Positions 47,751-58,694 of a stretch of DNA of 64,000 nucleotides are shown piece by piece. Position 1 is the first letter of the stretch, and every line of letters begins with the position of its first letter. The notes beneath the pieces were generated by a model, which saw nothing but the letters and a program-made list of their open reading frames with translations, had not been told where the DNA came from and searched no databases. This DNA is from Capsulimonadaceae bacterium. Lineage in GTDB: Bacteria > Armatimonadota > Armatimonadia > Armatimonadales > Capsulimonadaceae. The DNA is taken from assembly GCA_965215505.1 (NCBI GenBank), contig OZ244065.1, forward strand, positions 3,712,001 to 3,776,000, given 5' to 3'. The position numbers and the translations under genes were made by a program.

Positions 47751-48846
47751 AGATACTCCGTGAAATAGAGAAAGGGGTTGTCCCTGCCGAAGATTGTGGC
47801 ATGAACCTGACCCAACTGCACCGCCTGCCCAAAGACCGTGTCCGTGCCCTCTTCGGCCTCGACCCCGCCGCCCTCGGCCAACTGCTGGCCGCCGTCCTGC
47901 CCCCGCTTGTGGGGAAGCGGCACGCCTAACAGGAGGCCAAGGGGAAGCGGCACGCCCAACAGGAGGCCAAGAGGAACCGGCAGCGCGCCGTCGGCGGCGG
48001 GCGCAGGCGCAAGCTGCTCCCGTACCAGGAGGTTTTGATCACCCTGGTCTACCTGCGCCACAACGTCTCCCACGCCGTCTCCCACGCCGTCTGCGGCCAG
48101 ATGTTCGGCGTCAGCGCCGACATCAGCGAGAACAGCTTCCACGAGGTCATCCGGCTCTTGCGCGACGTGTGCCCCGCCGACCGCTGGGGCGCCGAGAAGA
48201 AGTGGACCAAGAGGGAGCCGTCGTGGCACCCCGACACGCTGGACCTGATCCTGGTGGACAGCTTCGAGACCCCCATCGGCCGGTCGAGCCTGCCGGACGT
48301 GCAGCGCAAGTTCTACTCGGGCAAGAAGAAGCGCCACACGACCAAGACACAGATCATTACCAACAAGCAGGGCGAGGTGCTTGCCATTGAGCCGGGGCAC
48401 CCCGGCCCTAAGTCCGATAAGAAGCTCTACGAACAAAGCCGGGCCAAAGATCAGTACCCGCAACGGGCCAAAGATCAGTACCCGCAAGCGGCGCGTCGGG
48501 CGGACCTTGCGTATGTGGGCGTGCCGGAGATGCTGCTGCCGCACAAGAAGGTGCGGGGCAAAGCAGGCGAGAAAGCCCTGCCGCTGACGCCGGAGCAGCA
48601 GGAAGAGAACCGGCACGCGGCGTCGGCGCGTGTCCCGGTGGAGCACGGGGTACGCCGGGTGAAGGCGTGGCGCATCCTGCGCGACGAGTACCGTCTGGCG
48701 CGGGGCCTGTTCTCGACGATCGCGCTGGCGACGGTGGGGCTGGTTCATCTGAGCCGTGTTGTGCCTGGATGAAGCCAAGCCGGAACAGAAGGGCGGCTGC
48801 GCCGCCCAGCTCACCCGGCAAGACATGGCTATTTCACGGAGCATCT
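47751..48846 (+). mobile_element. IS5-like (ISL2/DDE_Tnp_4-type) insertion sequence
   Basis: 18-bp TIRs AGATACTCCGTGAAATAG / AGATGCTCCGTGAAATAG, 3-bp AAT duplication. Confidence 0.9.
47801..48772 (+). pseudogene. Transposase with a premature stop and internal duplications
   Basis: GGGRRRKL, LVYLRHN, VDSFE, YSGKKKRH, ADLAYVG, RVPVEH; TAA at 47927. Confidence 0.85.
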
Positions 48847-49915
48847 AATGGTGACCTTCACACTGCTACCGCCTTGGGAGGTCCGGGGACTGAAATCGGC
48901 GGACGTCAGGGCGGCAACGCGCCCCAGAACGTCGCGCGGTATCTCCACGATCTCGCAGAGCAGTCGGGTCGCCGACACGTCCCGTGCGCGGAGTACGAGG
49001 ATGCGGTCGTACTGGCTGAGGTGGGCTGGTATCCGCCGCGCGGCTTCCCGAGCCAGGTCTTCCAGCGTGGAGAACTGCTGTATCCAACGCGCCTCGGTGA
49101 ACTTGGAGATGGTGATCTTGTCCGGGCGGATGTCTTTAGAGGCTTCCGTTTTCAGCGAGAGCTTGACGCCTTCAACGGTCACGTCAATGCCGGAGAAGGT
49201 GTCACTGACAGTGATCGTCTCGGCCCTGCCATCGGCTGCACAGGCTCCCCTGAAGGCGTATTCAAACGCCTTCTTGCTCAACCGGGCTTCGTTCGTCGCG
49301 TGATGGATGAGGAGGCGGTTGCGAGAATCAGCCGTGAAGCGGGGCGTGGCAAAATCACTGGCCGGGTTGACGGTTTCCTCGACCTGACGCATCATCGTCC
49401 GGGCGACTTCGGTCAGCAACTCCACTTGAATCGGGTCAAGCCTCGTCGCGACCGAGATCAGTTCCCGAAGGGCGGTGCGTTCCTCGGCTTCGTCGGGCGG
49501 TTGATCGTCTCGCAGCATCACACCGAATTTAACACAGATTCCATCAGGAGTCAAACCCCATTGGGAAAGGCCGAGCGCAACGCGCCCGGCCTTCTGCTAT
49601 CCGACTGTGGGTGAAGGAGGTTGCTCGCCCTAAACTTCGCTCCGCGACTCGGGCTGCGGCGGCGAGATCGCGCCGCTGGTGGCGGCCCGCTCGAAGCTGT
49701 CTACTAGACCGGCGAAGCGCTCGAAGCGGCGGGCGGCGGCGGGGGACAGGTTATCCGTGTTGACTTTGGCGTCGTTGGGGGCGGGGCGCGGTTCGGCCCC
49801 TCTCTGTGACGGCGAGACGTTCGAGTTGATCGTTTCCGGCATGACTTGTTTGACCCCTTCCGCCAATGCTGCCTGCAATGGTTCCTGTCTGGCCTGCGGT
49901 TCCTGATTATACCCG

Positions 49916-50938
49916 TCAGTTCGTCGAAATGGTTCCGGGCTTGTGTCCGCCCGCGATAATCACGCCCTCGCGCCACAGGAGTATCCCCAGGATAGAGCGG
50001 AGCGGGGAGATGAACCGCTTGATGTCCGCGGCATAGAACTCGTTCTCGCCGAAGATGTTGGGCTTGTTGGACTGGATGTTGAGGACGGCCACGATCTCCC
50101 CGGCGAACTCGACCGGCAGGCTGACGAAGCTGACGTACTGCTGCTTGGAAAAGAACTCGATCACCTCCCGCTTGACGGCGGGCGGCTGGCCTTCCAGGAG
50201 CGCATTCAGCCGGCCCGCGTCTTTGACATCCGGGATGACTGTTTCGTCGCCGGCGGCGAAGGCCCGCGCGGCCCCGAACAGCAGGCGCTCGTCGTCGGCA
50301 TCCACGGGGATCGCGAAGTCTCGGGGGACGCCCGAAGCGTTCTGCGCCCAGGCCGTGAGGAGAAGGACGGCCCGATACTCGTCATGCGGGCGCGACTGGT
50401 CGGCGAAATGGACCCGCCGGGCGTCGAGGTATTTGCCCGCCGCAAACTCCGACGTCGGGCGGGGCTGCATCAGGTTGGCGTTGACGTCAAGCTCGACCTT
50501 CTCCTGAAAGTAAGTGATCACAACCGAGGCGATGTACTTGAGCGTCTGCCGCTGGGCGAACTTGACCTGCTGGGCGTTATAGCCGTTCAGGTCTTGCAGG
50601 AGGTCCACCGCCCCGGAGAGTGTTTTGGTGTAGTCTTTGAGGAAGGCGTACTCGCCGGCCTGCCCTTGGAGCTGGCCGAGGTTGCCTCGCAGAGTCTTCA
50701 CCTGAGTCGCCAGGTTCCCCTTCTCGGCTTCGAGAGTCGTCACCTGATGCCGGTTTCTCGCCAGCACGCTGATCTTGTCCCACGCCTGGGCGAGCGACCC
50801 CGCGACCAGCAAAGCGCCGTAGGCCCACGGGTGATAGCCCTCCGAGTGGGGCGTATAGAGGTCCAAGTACCACGGGATCGCGACCCCACAGGCGAGCTGG
50901 AGGGCGATAAAGACCCAGGCCAAGATTGCGGAAAGCAT
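49916..50938 (-). CDS. Membrane protein with coiled coil and GAF-like C-terminal domain
   Basis: Two TM helices, heptad region, SFVSLPV...IVAVLNIQS; start could extend to 51013. Confidence 0.65.
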   Translation of the reverse strand: MLSAILAWVFIALQLACGVAIPWYLDLYTPHSEGYHPWAYGALLVAGSLAQAWDKISVLARNRHQVTTLEAEKGNLATQVKTLRGNLGQLQGQAGEYAFLKDYTKTLSGAVDLLQDLNGYNAQQVKFAQRQTLKYIASVVITYFQEKVELDVNANLMQPRPTSEFAAGKYLDARRVHFADQSRPHDEYRAVLLLTAWAQNASGVPRDFAIPVDADDERLLFGAARAFAAGDETVIPDVKDAGRLNALLEGQPPAVKREVIEFFSKQQYVSFVSLPVEFAGEIVAVLNIQSNKPNIFGENEFYAADIKRFISPLRSILGILLWREGVIIAGGHKPGTISTN

Positions 50939-51012
50939 TGCGTCAGGTATTCCGTCTGCCTGCCGCGTTTTCCTCCTCTGCGGGCGCCGATTCCTCCGCG
51001 CGCTACGCCCCA

Positions 51013-52302
51013 TCAGGGCGAGGGGCTAAACACCTCGACCCGCGCATCGCCGTAGTCCGCGACATACACGTTCCCGCTCTTGTCTAACGTGATACCTTCC
51101 GGGCGGGCCAGGTCCCCATCCGCTCCCGATGTCCTGCCACTCCCGATCTGGGTTAGGAAAACGCCGCTGGGGCTGTATTTGTTCACGCAGTTTTCCTCAT
51201 TGTCCGTGACATAGATGTTCCCGCCCGCATCTAACGCCACGCCTCTCGGTACGCCCGTGTACCCCGCTTGCGGCCCGACTGCGCCGATCCTCGCGATCAA
51301 GGAACCTGTGGGACTGAACTTAGCGACCCCGCCCCGGCCGTCATCCGTCACATAGAAGTAACCCGAGGCATCTAAGGCGATCCCATTGCCGCCGATGAAC
51401 TGGCCGACGCCGAAGAGGCTCAAGTAGCTGCCCCCTGGCCCGAATTCCTCCACGCGATTACCGGGACCTGACGGACCGTTACCACCCGGAAAATAAGTGT
51501 CGGCGACGAAGACATCGCCGGATGTGTCAACGGCAATGCCGGAGGGACCTTGGAATTGGCCGTTCCCACTGCCGCTGGTTCCGAACTGGCTCAGATAGCT
51601 GCCGTTGGCATCGAATTTCACTACGCGCGTGTTGGAGGAGTCCACGACGAGGATGTTTCCGGCGGCGTCCACCGCTATTCCCAACGCGCCGGAGACTTGC
51701 CCTGGGCCTGCCCCCCCGAAGTCCAATAGTAGTGTTCCGGCAGGATTAAACTTCATCACGCGGAAGGAGGTCGTAATGTAGACATTACCGCTGCTGTCCA
51801 AGGTGATCGCTATCGGGGCGATGTTCGGACTGCCATCATTGGGTAACGTGAACTTGCTTTGGAAGACGTATGAAGGGCTGCTGCCGCCTCCGGTCCCAGT
51901 ACCCGTGCCGGTCCCAGTACCCGTGCCGGTCCCAGTACCCGTGCCGGTCCCAGTACCCGTGCCGGTCCCAGTACCCGTGCCGGTCCCAGTACCCGTGCCG
52001 GTCCCAGTACCCGTGCCGGTCCCAGTACCCGTGCCGGTCCCAGTACCCGTGCCGGTCCCAGTACCCGTGCCGGTCCCAGTACCCGTGCCGGTCCCAGTAC
52101 CCGTGCCGGTCCCAGTACCCGTGCCGGTCCCAGTACCCGTGCCGGTCCCAGTACCCGTGCCGACGGGCGTTGAGGGGGAGCCTGAGTTGCCGCCACCTGA
52201 ACAGCCGCTTAGGGCCAGGGATGTAAGAACAGCAAGGCCAGTATAACAAGACAAGTTGAAGGATAGACGGGGATGGAGCATATTTGACGGAGTCCTCGGC
52301 AT
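51013..52302 (-). CDS. NHL-repeat lipoprotein with a long Gly-Thr linker
   Basis: LSGC lipobox, about 45 GT dipeptides, six P.GIA.D..G..YV.D blades; start may be 52281. Confidence 0.85.
   Translation of the reverse strand: MPRTPSNMLHPRLSFNLSCYTGLAVLTSLALSGCSGGGNSGSPSTPVGTGTGTGTGTGTGTGTGTGTGTGTGTGTGTGTGTGTGTGTGTGTGTGTGTGTGTGTGTGTGTGTGTGTGTGTGTGTGTGTGTGTGTGTGTGGGSSPSYVFQSKFTLPNDGSPNIAPIAITLDSSGNVYITTSFRVMKFNPAGTLLLDFGGAGPGQVSGALGIAVDAAGNILVVDSSNTRVVKFDANGSYLSQFGTSGSGNGQFQGPSGIAVDTSGDVFVADTYFPGGNGPSGPGNRVEEFGPGGSYLSLFGVGQFIGGNGIALDASGYFYVTDDGRGGVAKFSPTGSLIARIGAVGPQAGYTGVPRGVALDAGGNIYVTDNEENCVNKYSPSGVFLTQIGSGRTSGADGDLARPEGITLDKSGNVYVADYGDARVEVFSPSP
51890..52159. repeat. Perfect 18-bp tandem repeat, 15 copies
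   Basis: CCGGTCCCAGTACCCGTG repeated with no spacers. Confidence 0.95.
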
Positions 52303-52522
52303 GCAAGCACGGCCACGTTCATGGTCTGGCTCCCAAGAGCCTGATTGTCAGATATTATACCAGGACTACGGCTATGGCTGTGAACGCCTGTGCGCCCGGT
52401 CAGGACATAGGCGGCTCACAAGACCTTAACACAAAAACGCGCATTTCGGGGCGCGTTGTTGAAAGTCTGCCTGTTTGGGGGGCCAGCGCGTCGCGCCCGG
52501 CCCCCGCCTGCTCCCGCGTGCC

Positions 52523-53746
52523 CTACGCGGCCATCTTCAGCCCCTTGACCGCCTGGGCCTCGTACTTGGGCTTGTAGTCGGGGCACTTGTAGCTCTTGGA
52601 ATACTCCTTGGGGTTCTCGGCCTCGGCGACGTAGATCTGGGCGGAGTTGACGCCGCACTTCTCGCGCGTCCGGTCGTAGTTGCCGCAGTCGTAGCAGCGG
52701 CGCAGGATGGTCCAGCAGACGGAGCAGCGCATTGAGCCGACCAATTCCACCCGGCCGCACAGCGGGCAGTGGATATAGGTCTCCTGGAAGCCGTACTCTT
52801 TGGACTTCAGGGCCAAGCGCACCTTGCGGTTGAACTCCTCCAGGCCGCGCGAAAGCTCGGCGCAGGTGGCGAGGAGCTGGTTCATCTGCACGGCGCTCAG
52901 ATACTCGATGACGCGCTCGTCCAGCAGTTCCGAGAGCTGCTGGCCGACCTTATCAATCGCCTTCATGTGCTGCTCGGCGGTCGCGGGGCGGTAGGGCTTG
53001 GCCTTCTCCGCCCGTGCCCCCAATGTCTTCAAAAGCTGCTCGGTGATGGCGAGCGGGACGCGCAGGAAGGCCTCGCGCTTCTCGGGATGCTTGACGATGG
53101 CCCCCATGATGCGCTCGGAGTCGCCGACGTTCAGCTTCTCGGCCTTGATCTTCTCCACCATCCGCTTCTGCGAGCCGGGATCGTGGGCCAGCGCGGCGAG
53201 GGCGCGGGCGTGGCCCTCCGTCAGAAGGATCTGGCCCGCGGCGGGGGCGCGCAGGGTCAGTTCCTGCTGGACGAACGGGGGCAGTTCCAGCAGCTCCAGG
53301 GACCGGCGCAGGGTGGTTTCGGAGACGCCCAGTGTCTTGCCGCACTTCTCCCAGGACATGAAGGTCAGCAGGCCCTGGATGGCCCGCGCCTTCTCAATGG
53401 GGTTCATGTCCTCGCGCTGGAAGTTCTCCAGCAGGGCGTCGGCGTGGGCGTCCTCGTCGCTCATCTCCTTGACGATGGCCGGGATGGTGAGGTTGCCGGC
53501 GATCCTGGAGGCGCGGAAGCGGCGCTCGCCCATGACGATCTGGAACCTGTCCGAGCCGTCCGGCATCTTGAACGGGCGGACGACGATCGGCTCCAAAACG
53601 CCGCGCTCCTTGATGGAGGCGGCCAGCTCCTCTAGGGTGTCCTGGTAGAAGGACTTGCGCGGCTGGTTCTCGTTGGTGACGATCTGGTCCAGCGGCATCT
53701 GCCGGACGGTCTGCTCCGGCGGGCTGAGTTGTTTGGTTGTAGGCAT
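52523..53746 (-). CDS. ParB/Spo0J-like protein with a Cys-rich C-terminal domain
   Basis: QPRKSF, GVLEPIVVR, GERRFRA, ENFQREDMNPIE, HTH, EGHARAL; CPLC/CSVC/CYDC tail. Confidence 0.85.
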   Translation of the reverse strand: MPTTKQLSPPEQTVRQMPLDQIVTNENQPRKSFYQDTLEELAASIKERGVLEPIVVRPFKMPDGSDRFQIVMGERRFRASRIAGNLTIPAIVKEMSDEDAHADALLENFQREDMNPIEKARAIQGLLTFMSWEKCGKTLGVSETTLRRSLELLELPPFVQQELTLRAPAAGQILLTEGHARALAALAHDPGSQKRMVEKIKAEKLNVGDSERIMGAIVKHPEKREAFLRVPLAITEQLLKTLGARAEKAKPYRPATAEQHMKAIDKVGQQLSELLDERVIEYLSAVQMNQLLATCAELSRGLEEFNRKVRLALKSKEYGFQETYIHCPLCGRVELVGSMRCSVCWTILRRCYDCGNYDRTREKCGVNSAQIYVAEAENPKEYSKSYKCPDYKPKYEAQAVKGLKMAA

Positions 53747-54159
53747 GGGGCGCTCCGGGTCGATCTCTGTCAGGGTCAATCTCTGGGCGTGGGTCCGTGA
53801 ACATCTGGGCGTTGGCCCGTGAACAAAGGCGGGTTTTCGTGGGATAATCATCGGCAGATGTGGGCGGGAGCGAGAGGGGGCGTGGCCATGCGCGCCAGAA
53901 AGTCAGCGGTGATGGCGGGGGCCGTGAGGCAGGCGGAAACCGTGGAGCGGATGGAGGCGCGGCCGGGGCCGCCACGGGGGCGCGGCCTGCCCGACGCGGG
54001 GGCTTCCGGGACGCCCCGGTGGAAGCGGCGGGCTGGGCACTGCATGCCGCCAGGCTGGGCCGCAGCCAGGTCCGCCTGTCCGGCGACCCCGTCCCGTCGG
54101 TTCCCCGCGCCGCGCCGTTCCAGGCACCAGGCGTCTCGCGGCTAGAACGTGTGGCTGGT

Positions 54160-55872
54160 CTAGAACGTGTGGTTGACCGGATCGTAGTTAATCTCGCCGA
54201 CCCCCATGCCCTGCCGCAAGGTGGACGGGTCATTGGGATTAGGAAGTGCCAACAAGAGGTCCATCTTCTTTTTGCCGTCCTTGTCCTCGTGCAGCCCGCC
54301 GGACAGCCGCAGCTCGCTGAACCGGGTGACTTCCCTGGGCGGGTCGGCAGTGAGCCAACGAATCAAGGAGTCCATCGTGTCCACCATGAGGACGACCGCG
54401 AAGGCCCGCCCCTCCCGCTCCGACAGGGCCGACAGCGCCACCTCCCCGTCTTTGGAGGCCCGGATCTTCGGCTCCGCCGCCGTCCGGATCTGCCGCACGG
54501 CGTACACCATCAGTGGCGAGAGGTCAGAATGGATGGGCGATTCAGGGTCGAAAGCGCCATAGGTGGGGTGCATCCGGTAGGCGCGGACGAGCGGGTCGGG
54601 CAGGAACTGGTCCACGACGTCGTGCAGGGCGGCCACGTCCAGCGCGGGCGTCGGTGCCCGCCGGGTCACGCGCAGGCGGTCGTGGCCCTGCTCCCTGTCC
54701 TCGGTCAAAACGCGCAGGCTGTAGACGTCTGCCAGCGCAGCCACCTCCTGACGGGGCGTCATCGCCTCCGCACCGAAGACGGTGGCGCGCTTGGGGGCGA
54801 GGTACGGCTGGATCGTCACTTTCAGGCCGTCGCCCTTGCGGGCGTTGACGTTCACTTGCGTGAGGATGTCGCCCAGGGAGGCGCTGACGGGCGGGGCGGG
54901 CGCGGGGGCATCAGGCAGGACGGGGAGCGGGTCGGTTATGTCGCCGGGCATGATCTTCTCGTTCGCCTGCGGTATCGCAGGCGCGGACACGCTCACCGGT
55001 CTTGGGGTAATCCGTACCGGCCCGTCAGGTTGTACGTTTATCTGGTCGGGCTTGCTCATCGTGATGAAGACGGGCTTCCCATCGGTGCGGGTGGCTTCAT
55101 ACCCGAACAGGGGGACGTCGCCTTGGGGATCAAAGCGGGCGAGCCAGGGGTCGACCTGGGCAAAGGTACGCAAACCGAACTTGGGATCGGTCGCGGAAAT
55201 ACGGCGGAGGCCGGCGAGGGTCCTCGGGAGGTCGTTGATCGCCGTCTGCACGTACAGGTGCAGAAGGAACTGCTGGACCTCCTGCTGCTGGACCGGTGCC
55301 AGTGAGGTCACTGGAACCCCCCGGTGGATGTCCTTCATCGCCGCGAGCTGTTCGGGCGTCAGCAAGTAGACTAGATCGTGGATGGCGTGGCTTCGGTCGG
55401 GCAGCCCCAGCACGAGATGCGGGTTGAAGTTCTCGGCATAGCGGTTGGTCTCTTCCAGCGCCAGGGCGCACTCCTGGACGGTGACGGAGGGCAGATCGGC
55501 GGGGTCGGTGTACCGCTTCCTCAGCAGGAACACCGTGCCGGAGGGTAGAGCGCCGGAGGGCTGTACGTCGTAGTCATAGGCCGCCGCCAGTCTGGGCAGG
55601 AGGGTGGACAGCGGCTCGCCGTCGGGGTTCAGCTTCAGCCCTGCCGAAGACGTCAGGGCGGGGTGTAAGGGCTGGTCCTCGGCGACGAGGGCGACATGGG
55701 CCTGCTCGGAGAGGGCGGTGAAGGCGGAGAAGAAGGTGGACGCCTGGGCGGGGGTGATCCGGACGCGGGGATCGGGGGCGGCCTGGGCATGAGAGAAGGC
55801 CGGGAAAAGCAGCGGCAGCAGGGCTGCGGCCGTCGCGGTGCGGACGCGACCTAGGCGGACTCGACGTGGCAT
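54160..55872 (-). CDS. Hypothetical secreted protein
   Basis: Signal-peptide-like ...LLPLLFPAFSHA; long ORF; ATG 55872 preceded by GGGGAGG. Confidence 0.7.
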   Translation of the reverse strand: MPRRVRLGRVRTATAAALLPLLFPAFSHAQAAPDPRVRITPAQASTFFSAFTALSEQAHVALVAEDQPLHPALTSSAGLKLNPDGEPLSTLLPRLAAAYDYDVQPSGALPSGTVFLLRKRYTDPADLPSVTVQECALALEETNRYAENFNPHLVLGLPDRSHAIHDLVYLLTPEQLAAMKDIHRGVPVTSLAPVQQQEVQQFLLHLYVQTAINDLPRTLAGLRRISATDPKFGLRTFAQVDPWLARFDPQGDVPLFGYEATRTDGKPVFITMSKPDQINVQPDGPVRITPRPVSVSAPAIPQANEKIMPGDITDPLPVLPDAPAPAPPVSASLGDILTQVNVNARKGDGLKVTIQPYLAPKRATVFGAEAMTPRQEVAALADVYSLRVLTEDREQGHDRLRVTRRAPTPALDVAALHDVVDQFLPDPLVRAYRMHPTYGAFDPESPIHSDLSPLMVYAVRQIRTAAEPKIRASKDGEVALSALSEREGRAFAVVLMVDTMDSLIRWLTADPPREVTRFSELRLSGGLHEDKDGKKKMDLLLALPNPNDPSTLRQGMGVGEINYDPVNHTF

Positions 55873-56192
55873 GGGGGCCTCCCCGCAGGACCTCCCTGCG
55901 GCTTCAGGGTCGTCATCATGGGCCGCTCGTGAAGAGGGCACCTCCACTATAACACGCCCCCGTCGGGCTGTCAAACGGTGCCCGCGACGGGCAGGCGGAT
56001 AGGCCGCCCGCTTCGGGGCTTTAGAGAGGATACGGCAGAGGAGAGCGCGGTAAGAACGCGGCAAGAACAAGGAGGGCGCGGCAAGCGTCGCCCCTACAGC
56101 CCGCGATCGTGGCCTGCCCCCAACCCTGGAGGGGCTTTCACTCAGGAGTAGCCCGGCCATTCATGGTCGGGTGCCTCTGAGTCCCCCCCGCC

Positions 56193-58694
56193 TCACTCCC
56201 GGCGGGCGCTGCGGACCGGCGCGGGGACCGGCACGCCCGGCTTCAAGGCGTGCCACAGGATCGCGTTCAAGGCGTCCGGGTCCGCCCGGTCGGGGGCCGA
56301 GAAGTCCAGCCGCGCCGAGGCGACCGCCCCCGCGCCCTTGGCCGGGTTCCTGGCTTCCAGGTCCACGCGCGGGCCGATGTTCGCCCAGGCGGTCAGGTCG
56401 GGCGTGGCCGTGAAGCAGGAGAGCATCGGCGTGGCCGCCCGGTCGTACTGGGTCATGGGGGGCAGGTGGAGGATCATCTCCATCGTGCGGACCATGGAGG
56501 CCGTCGTGTACTGCGTGCTGTCCACGGCGCTGCGCTTGACGTAGGGGGAGATGACGAGGCCCTCAGTGCGGTGGGCGTCTATGTGGTCGGGTCCGTTCTG
56601 GGCGTCGTCCTCGATGACGAAGATGGCGGTCTCTTTCCAGAAGCGGGACTTGGAGATGCCTTCCACGATCCGGCCCAGGGCCTGGTCGTTCTCGGCGACG
56701 TTGGCGATGGGCGTGTACGCGCCCGCCTCAAGCCCCTGCGTGTGGTCCTCGGGCAGTGACATCACCATGAACTGCGGCCACACGCCGGTCTTCTCCGCCG
56801 CGCCCAGGTCACTCAGGAAGATGTCCGCCCGCCCGATGTCGCGCGGTCCCTTGAACCAGTCGAAGCCGGCGTATTCCGCGCTGGCGTGGCCGGCTAATCC
56901 CTTGCTCCCCGCGAAGACCGGCGGCGCGTTGGGGGTGGCGGTGAAATCGGCCTCCTCGCCGTAGGAGCGGTAGGAGACCCCGTGCCGCGCGCAGTCGTCC
57001 CAGATCTCGCCGGCGGGCGAGTCGGTCAGGCGCGAGTCGGCGTCGGGTTCGCCCCGGCTGCTGTAGGCGCTCGGCCAGACCTTCTCCACGAAGCCGGTGG
57101 CGTAGGCGGCGTCGCACCACTTGTGGCCGTCCTCCGAGACTTCGCCGTTGCAGTACAGGTTGTCCAGCAGGACGTAGTGCGAGGCCAAAGCGTGCGCGTT
57201 CGGCGTGACGCTCGCGCCGAAGATGGTCAGGCTCGGGTCGCCGTTGCCCGCCGTGAGGTCCCCGAACACCTGGTCATAAGTACGGTTCTCCCGGATGATG
57301 TACAGGACGTGCTTGATCTTGCCCAGGGTCGCCTTCATGTCCGGCCCGGCCTGTGCGGTCCTCGCGTTCAGGCCGGGCGTGTTGGCGTAGACCTGCCGGG
57401 TGTAGGCGGCCAGGCCCGCAGCGCCCGGCAGGCGCACGGCGCAGACCGCGCCGCTGAGGGCGCCGCCGATGTAGTCGTAGGCCTGGCCCGAGACGGGCTG
57501 GTTCCGCGTCCAGGGCGTCGTCGCCTTGTCGTTGGCGCGGAAGCTCAGGCCCTTGCCGGTCCCGACGTAGAGCGTCCGGCCGTCGGGGGCGAGGGCCAGG
57601 GCGCTGGGATACCAGCCGGTCGGAATAAAGCCGAGGACGCGGGAGGCGCGGGGGCGGGAGGTGTCTATGACGGCCACGTCGTTGTTGTCGGCGTTTGCGA
57701 CGTAGAGCCGCCCGCCGTCGGGGCTGAGGGCGAGGGCGTCCGGCGTGGACCCGACGGGGTCGGTGGGAGACAGCGAGGTCTTGACCGTTTCCGTCACCTT
57801 GCCGCCCGTGATGACGCTGACGCTGTTGCTGCCTGCGTTTGCGACGAACAGGCGTCCATCGTTGGCCCAGGCCAGCTCGTTGGGCTGGCTGCCGGCCGTG
57901 ACGCGGGTTCGTTCTTGCAGATTCGATGCGTCCAGCAGGCTGACCGTGCCGTCGCCCATGTTGGAGACGGCGAGCGTCGCCCCGTCCGGCGACAGGGCGA
58001 CGGCGTAGGGGCGGTAGCCGACGTGGGCGGTCGCTTGCAGGGCGGCGGGCGAGCCGGCGAGCTTGTAGACGACGTCGCCCTCGACCTCCGCCACATACAG
58101 CGCCCCATCCTTGCCCGCCGCCACCCCCGCCGTCCACCGCTCCTTGCCGTCCAGGAAGGGCACGGCCAGCGGCTCTTGCAGGGTGAGCCGTCCGTCCGCG
58201 TAGCCCAGCCGCAGCACGGTCTCCTTTAGGGAGGCGACGCGCCGGGCCGAAGCCCCGTCCTTGACCGCCTTGTCCAGAGAGGAGGGCGTGTCGCCCTGCC
58301 CGGCGGCGACGTAGATGGTCCGGCCCGACGGGTCGAAGCACATCCCCGCCCAGTCCTTCTCCACGTCCACGCTCTGCACCAGCCGGTTGGTGGCCGGGTC
58401 AATGAGGCTGACGCCGTGGTCGTGCCAGCCGCCGGTGAGGGCGAGCAGGAACCGGCCGTCGGGGCTGAACGCCATCTTCAGCGGCAGGTCGCCCGGCAGC
58501 GCGATGGGCGTCCCGGCCGGGGTGACGTGCCAGCCGTTGGGCAGCCGCGTCCCCGTCCCGTTGCCGTCGGGCAGGTCCGGGAGCGCGACCGCCTTGCGGG
58601 CCTCCCCCCGGCGCAGTCCGTGCGCGAGGCTGAAGCCCGCCAGGGCGGCGGTGAGGGCGAGCGTGACGGCGGGGAAGAGTGTGCGGCTTTTCAT
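56193..58694 (-). CDS. YVTN/YncE beta-propeller + phosphoesterase/alkaline-phosphatase-like protein
   Basis: Repeated SPDG..LYVAN blades; IIRENRTYDQVFGD, EDDAQNGPDH. Confidence 0.88.
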   Translation of the reverse strand: MKSRTLFPAVTLALTAALAGFSLAHGLRRGEARKAVALPDLPDGNGTGTRLPNGWHVTPAGTPIALPGDLPLKMAFSPDGRFLLALTGGWHDHGVSLIDPATNRLVQSVDVEKDWAGMCFDPSGRTIYVAAGQGDTPSSLDKAVKDGASARRVASLKETVLRLGYADGRLTLQEPLAVPFLDGKERWTAGVAAGKDGALYVAEVEGDVVYKLAGSPAALQATAHVGYRPYAVALSPDGATLAVSNMGDGTVSLLDASNLQERTRVTAGSQPNELAWANDGRLFVANAGSNSVSVITGGKVTETVKTSLSPTDPVGSTPDALALSPDGGRLYVANADNNDVAVIDTSRPRASRVLGFIPTGWYPSALALAPDGRTLYVGTGKGLSFRANDKATTPWTRNQPVSGQAYDYIGGALSGAVCAVRLPGAAGLAAYTRQVYANTPGLNARTAQAGPDMKATLGKIKHVLYIIRENRTYDQVFGDLTAGNGDPSLTIFGASVTPNAHALASHYVLLDNLYCNGEVSEDGHKWCDAAYATGFVEKVWPSAYSSRGEPDADSRLTDSPAGEIWDDCARHGVSYRSYGEEADFTATPNAPPVFAGSKGLAGHASAEYAGFDWFKGPRDIGRADIFLSDLGAAEKTGVWPQFMVMSLPEDHTQGLEAGAYTPIANVAENDQALGRIVEGISKSRFWKETAIFVIEDDAQNGPDHIDAHRTEGLVISPYVKRSAVDSTQYTTASMVRTMEMILHLPPMTQYDRAATPMLSCFTATPDLTAWANIGPRVDLEARNPAKGAGAVASARLDFSAPDRADPDALNAILWHALKPGVPVPAPVRSARRE

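Larger units (their letters stand above)
47556..49518 (-). pseudogene. SmaI-family type II restriction endonuclease interrupted by an IS
   Basis: RLLIHH, LSKKAFEYAF, GIDVTVEGVKLSLKTEA, HLSQYDRILVLR, VEIP and FCVRHVSW match R.SmaI blocks as I recall them; removing the IS joins VKVTI to DGRPAFTLRLDG in frame (287 aa). Confidence 0.8.

Noticed and set aside
49630-49878. 82-aa minus-strand ORF upstream of the SmaI-like gene as a controller protein
   Set aside because: No HTH or C-box recognisable; coding status uncertain
51890-52159. Possible CRISPR array
   Set aside because: Units are contiguous with no spacers, encode a GT linker, and no cas genes are present
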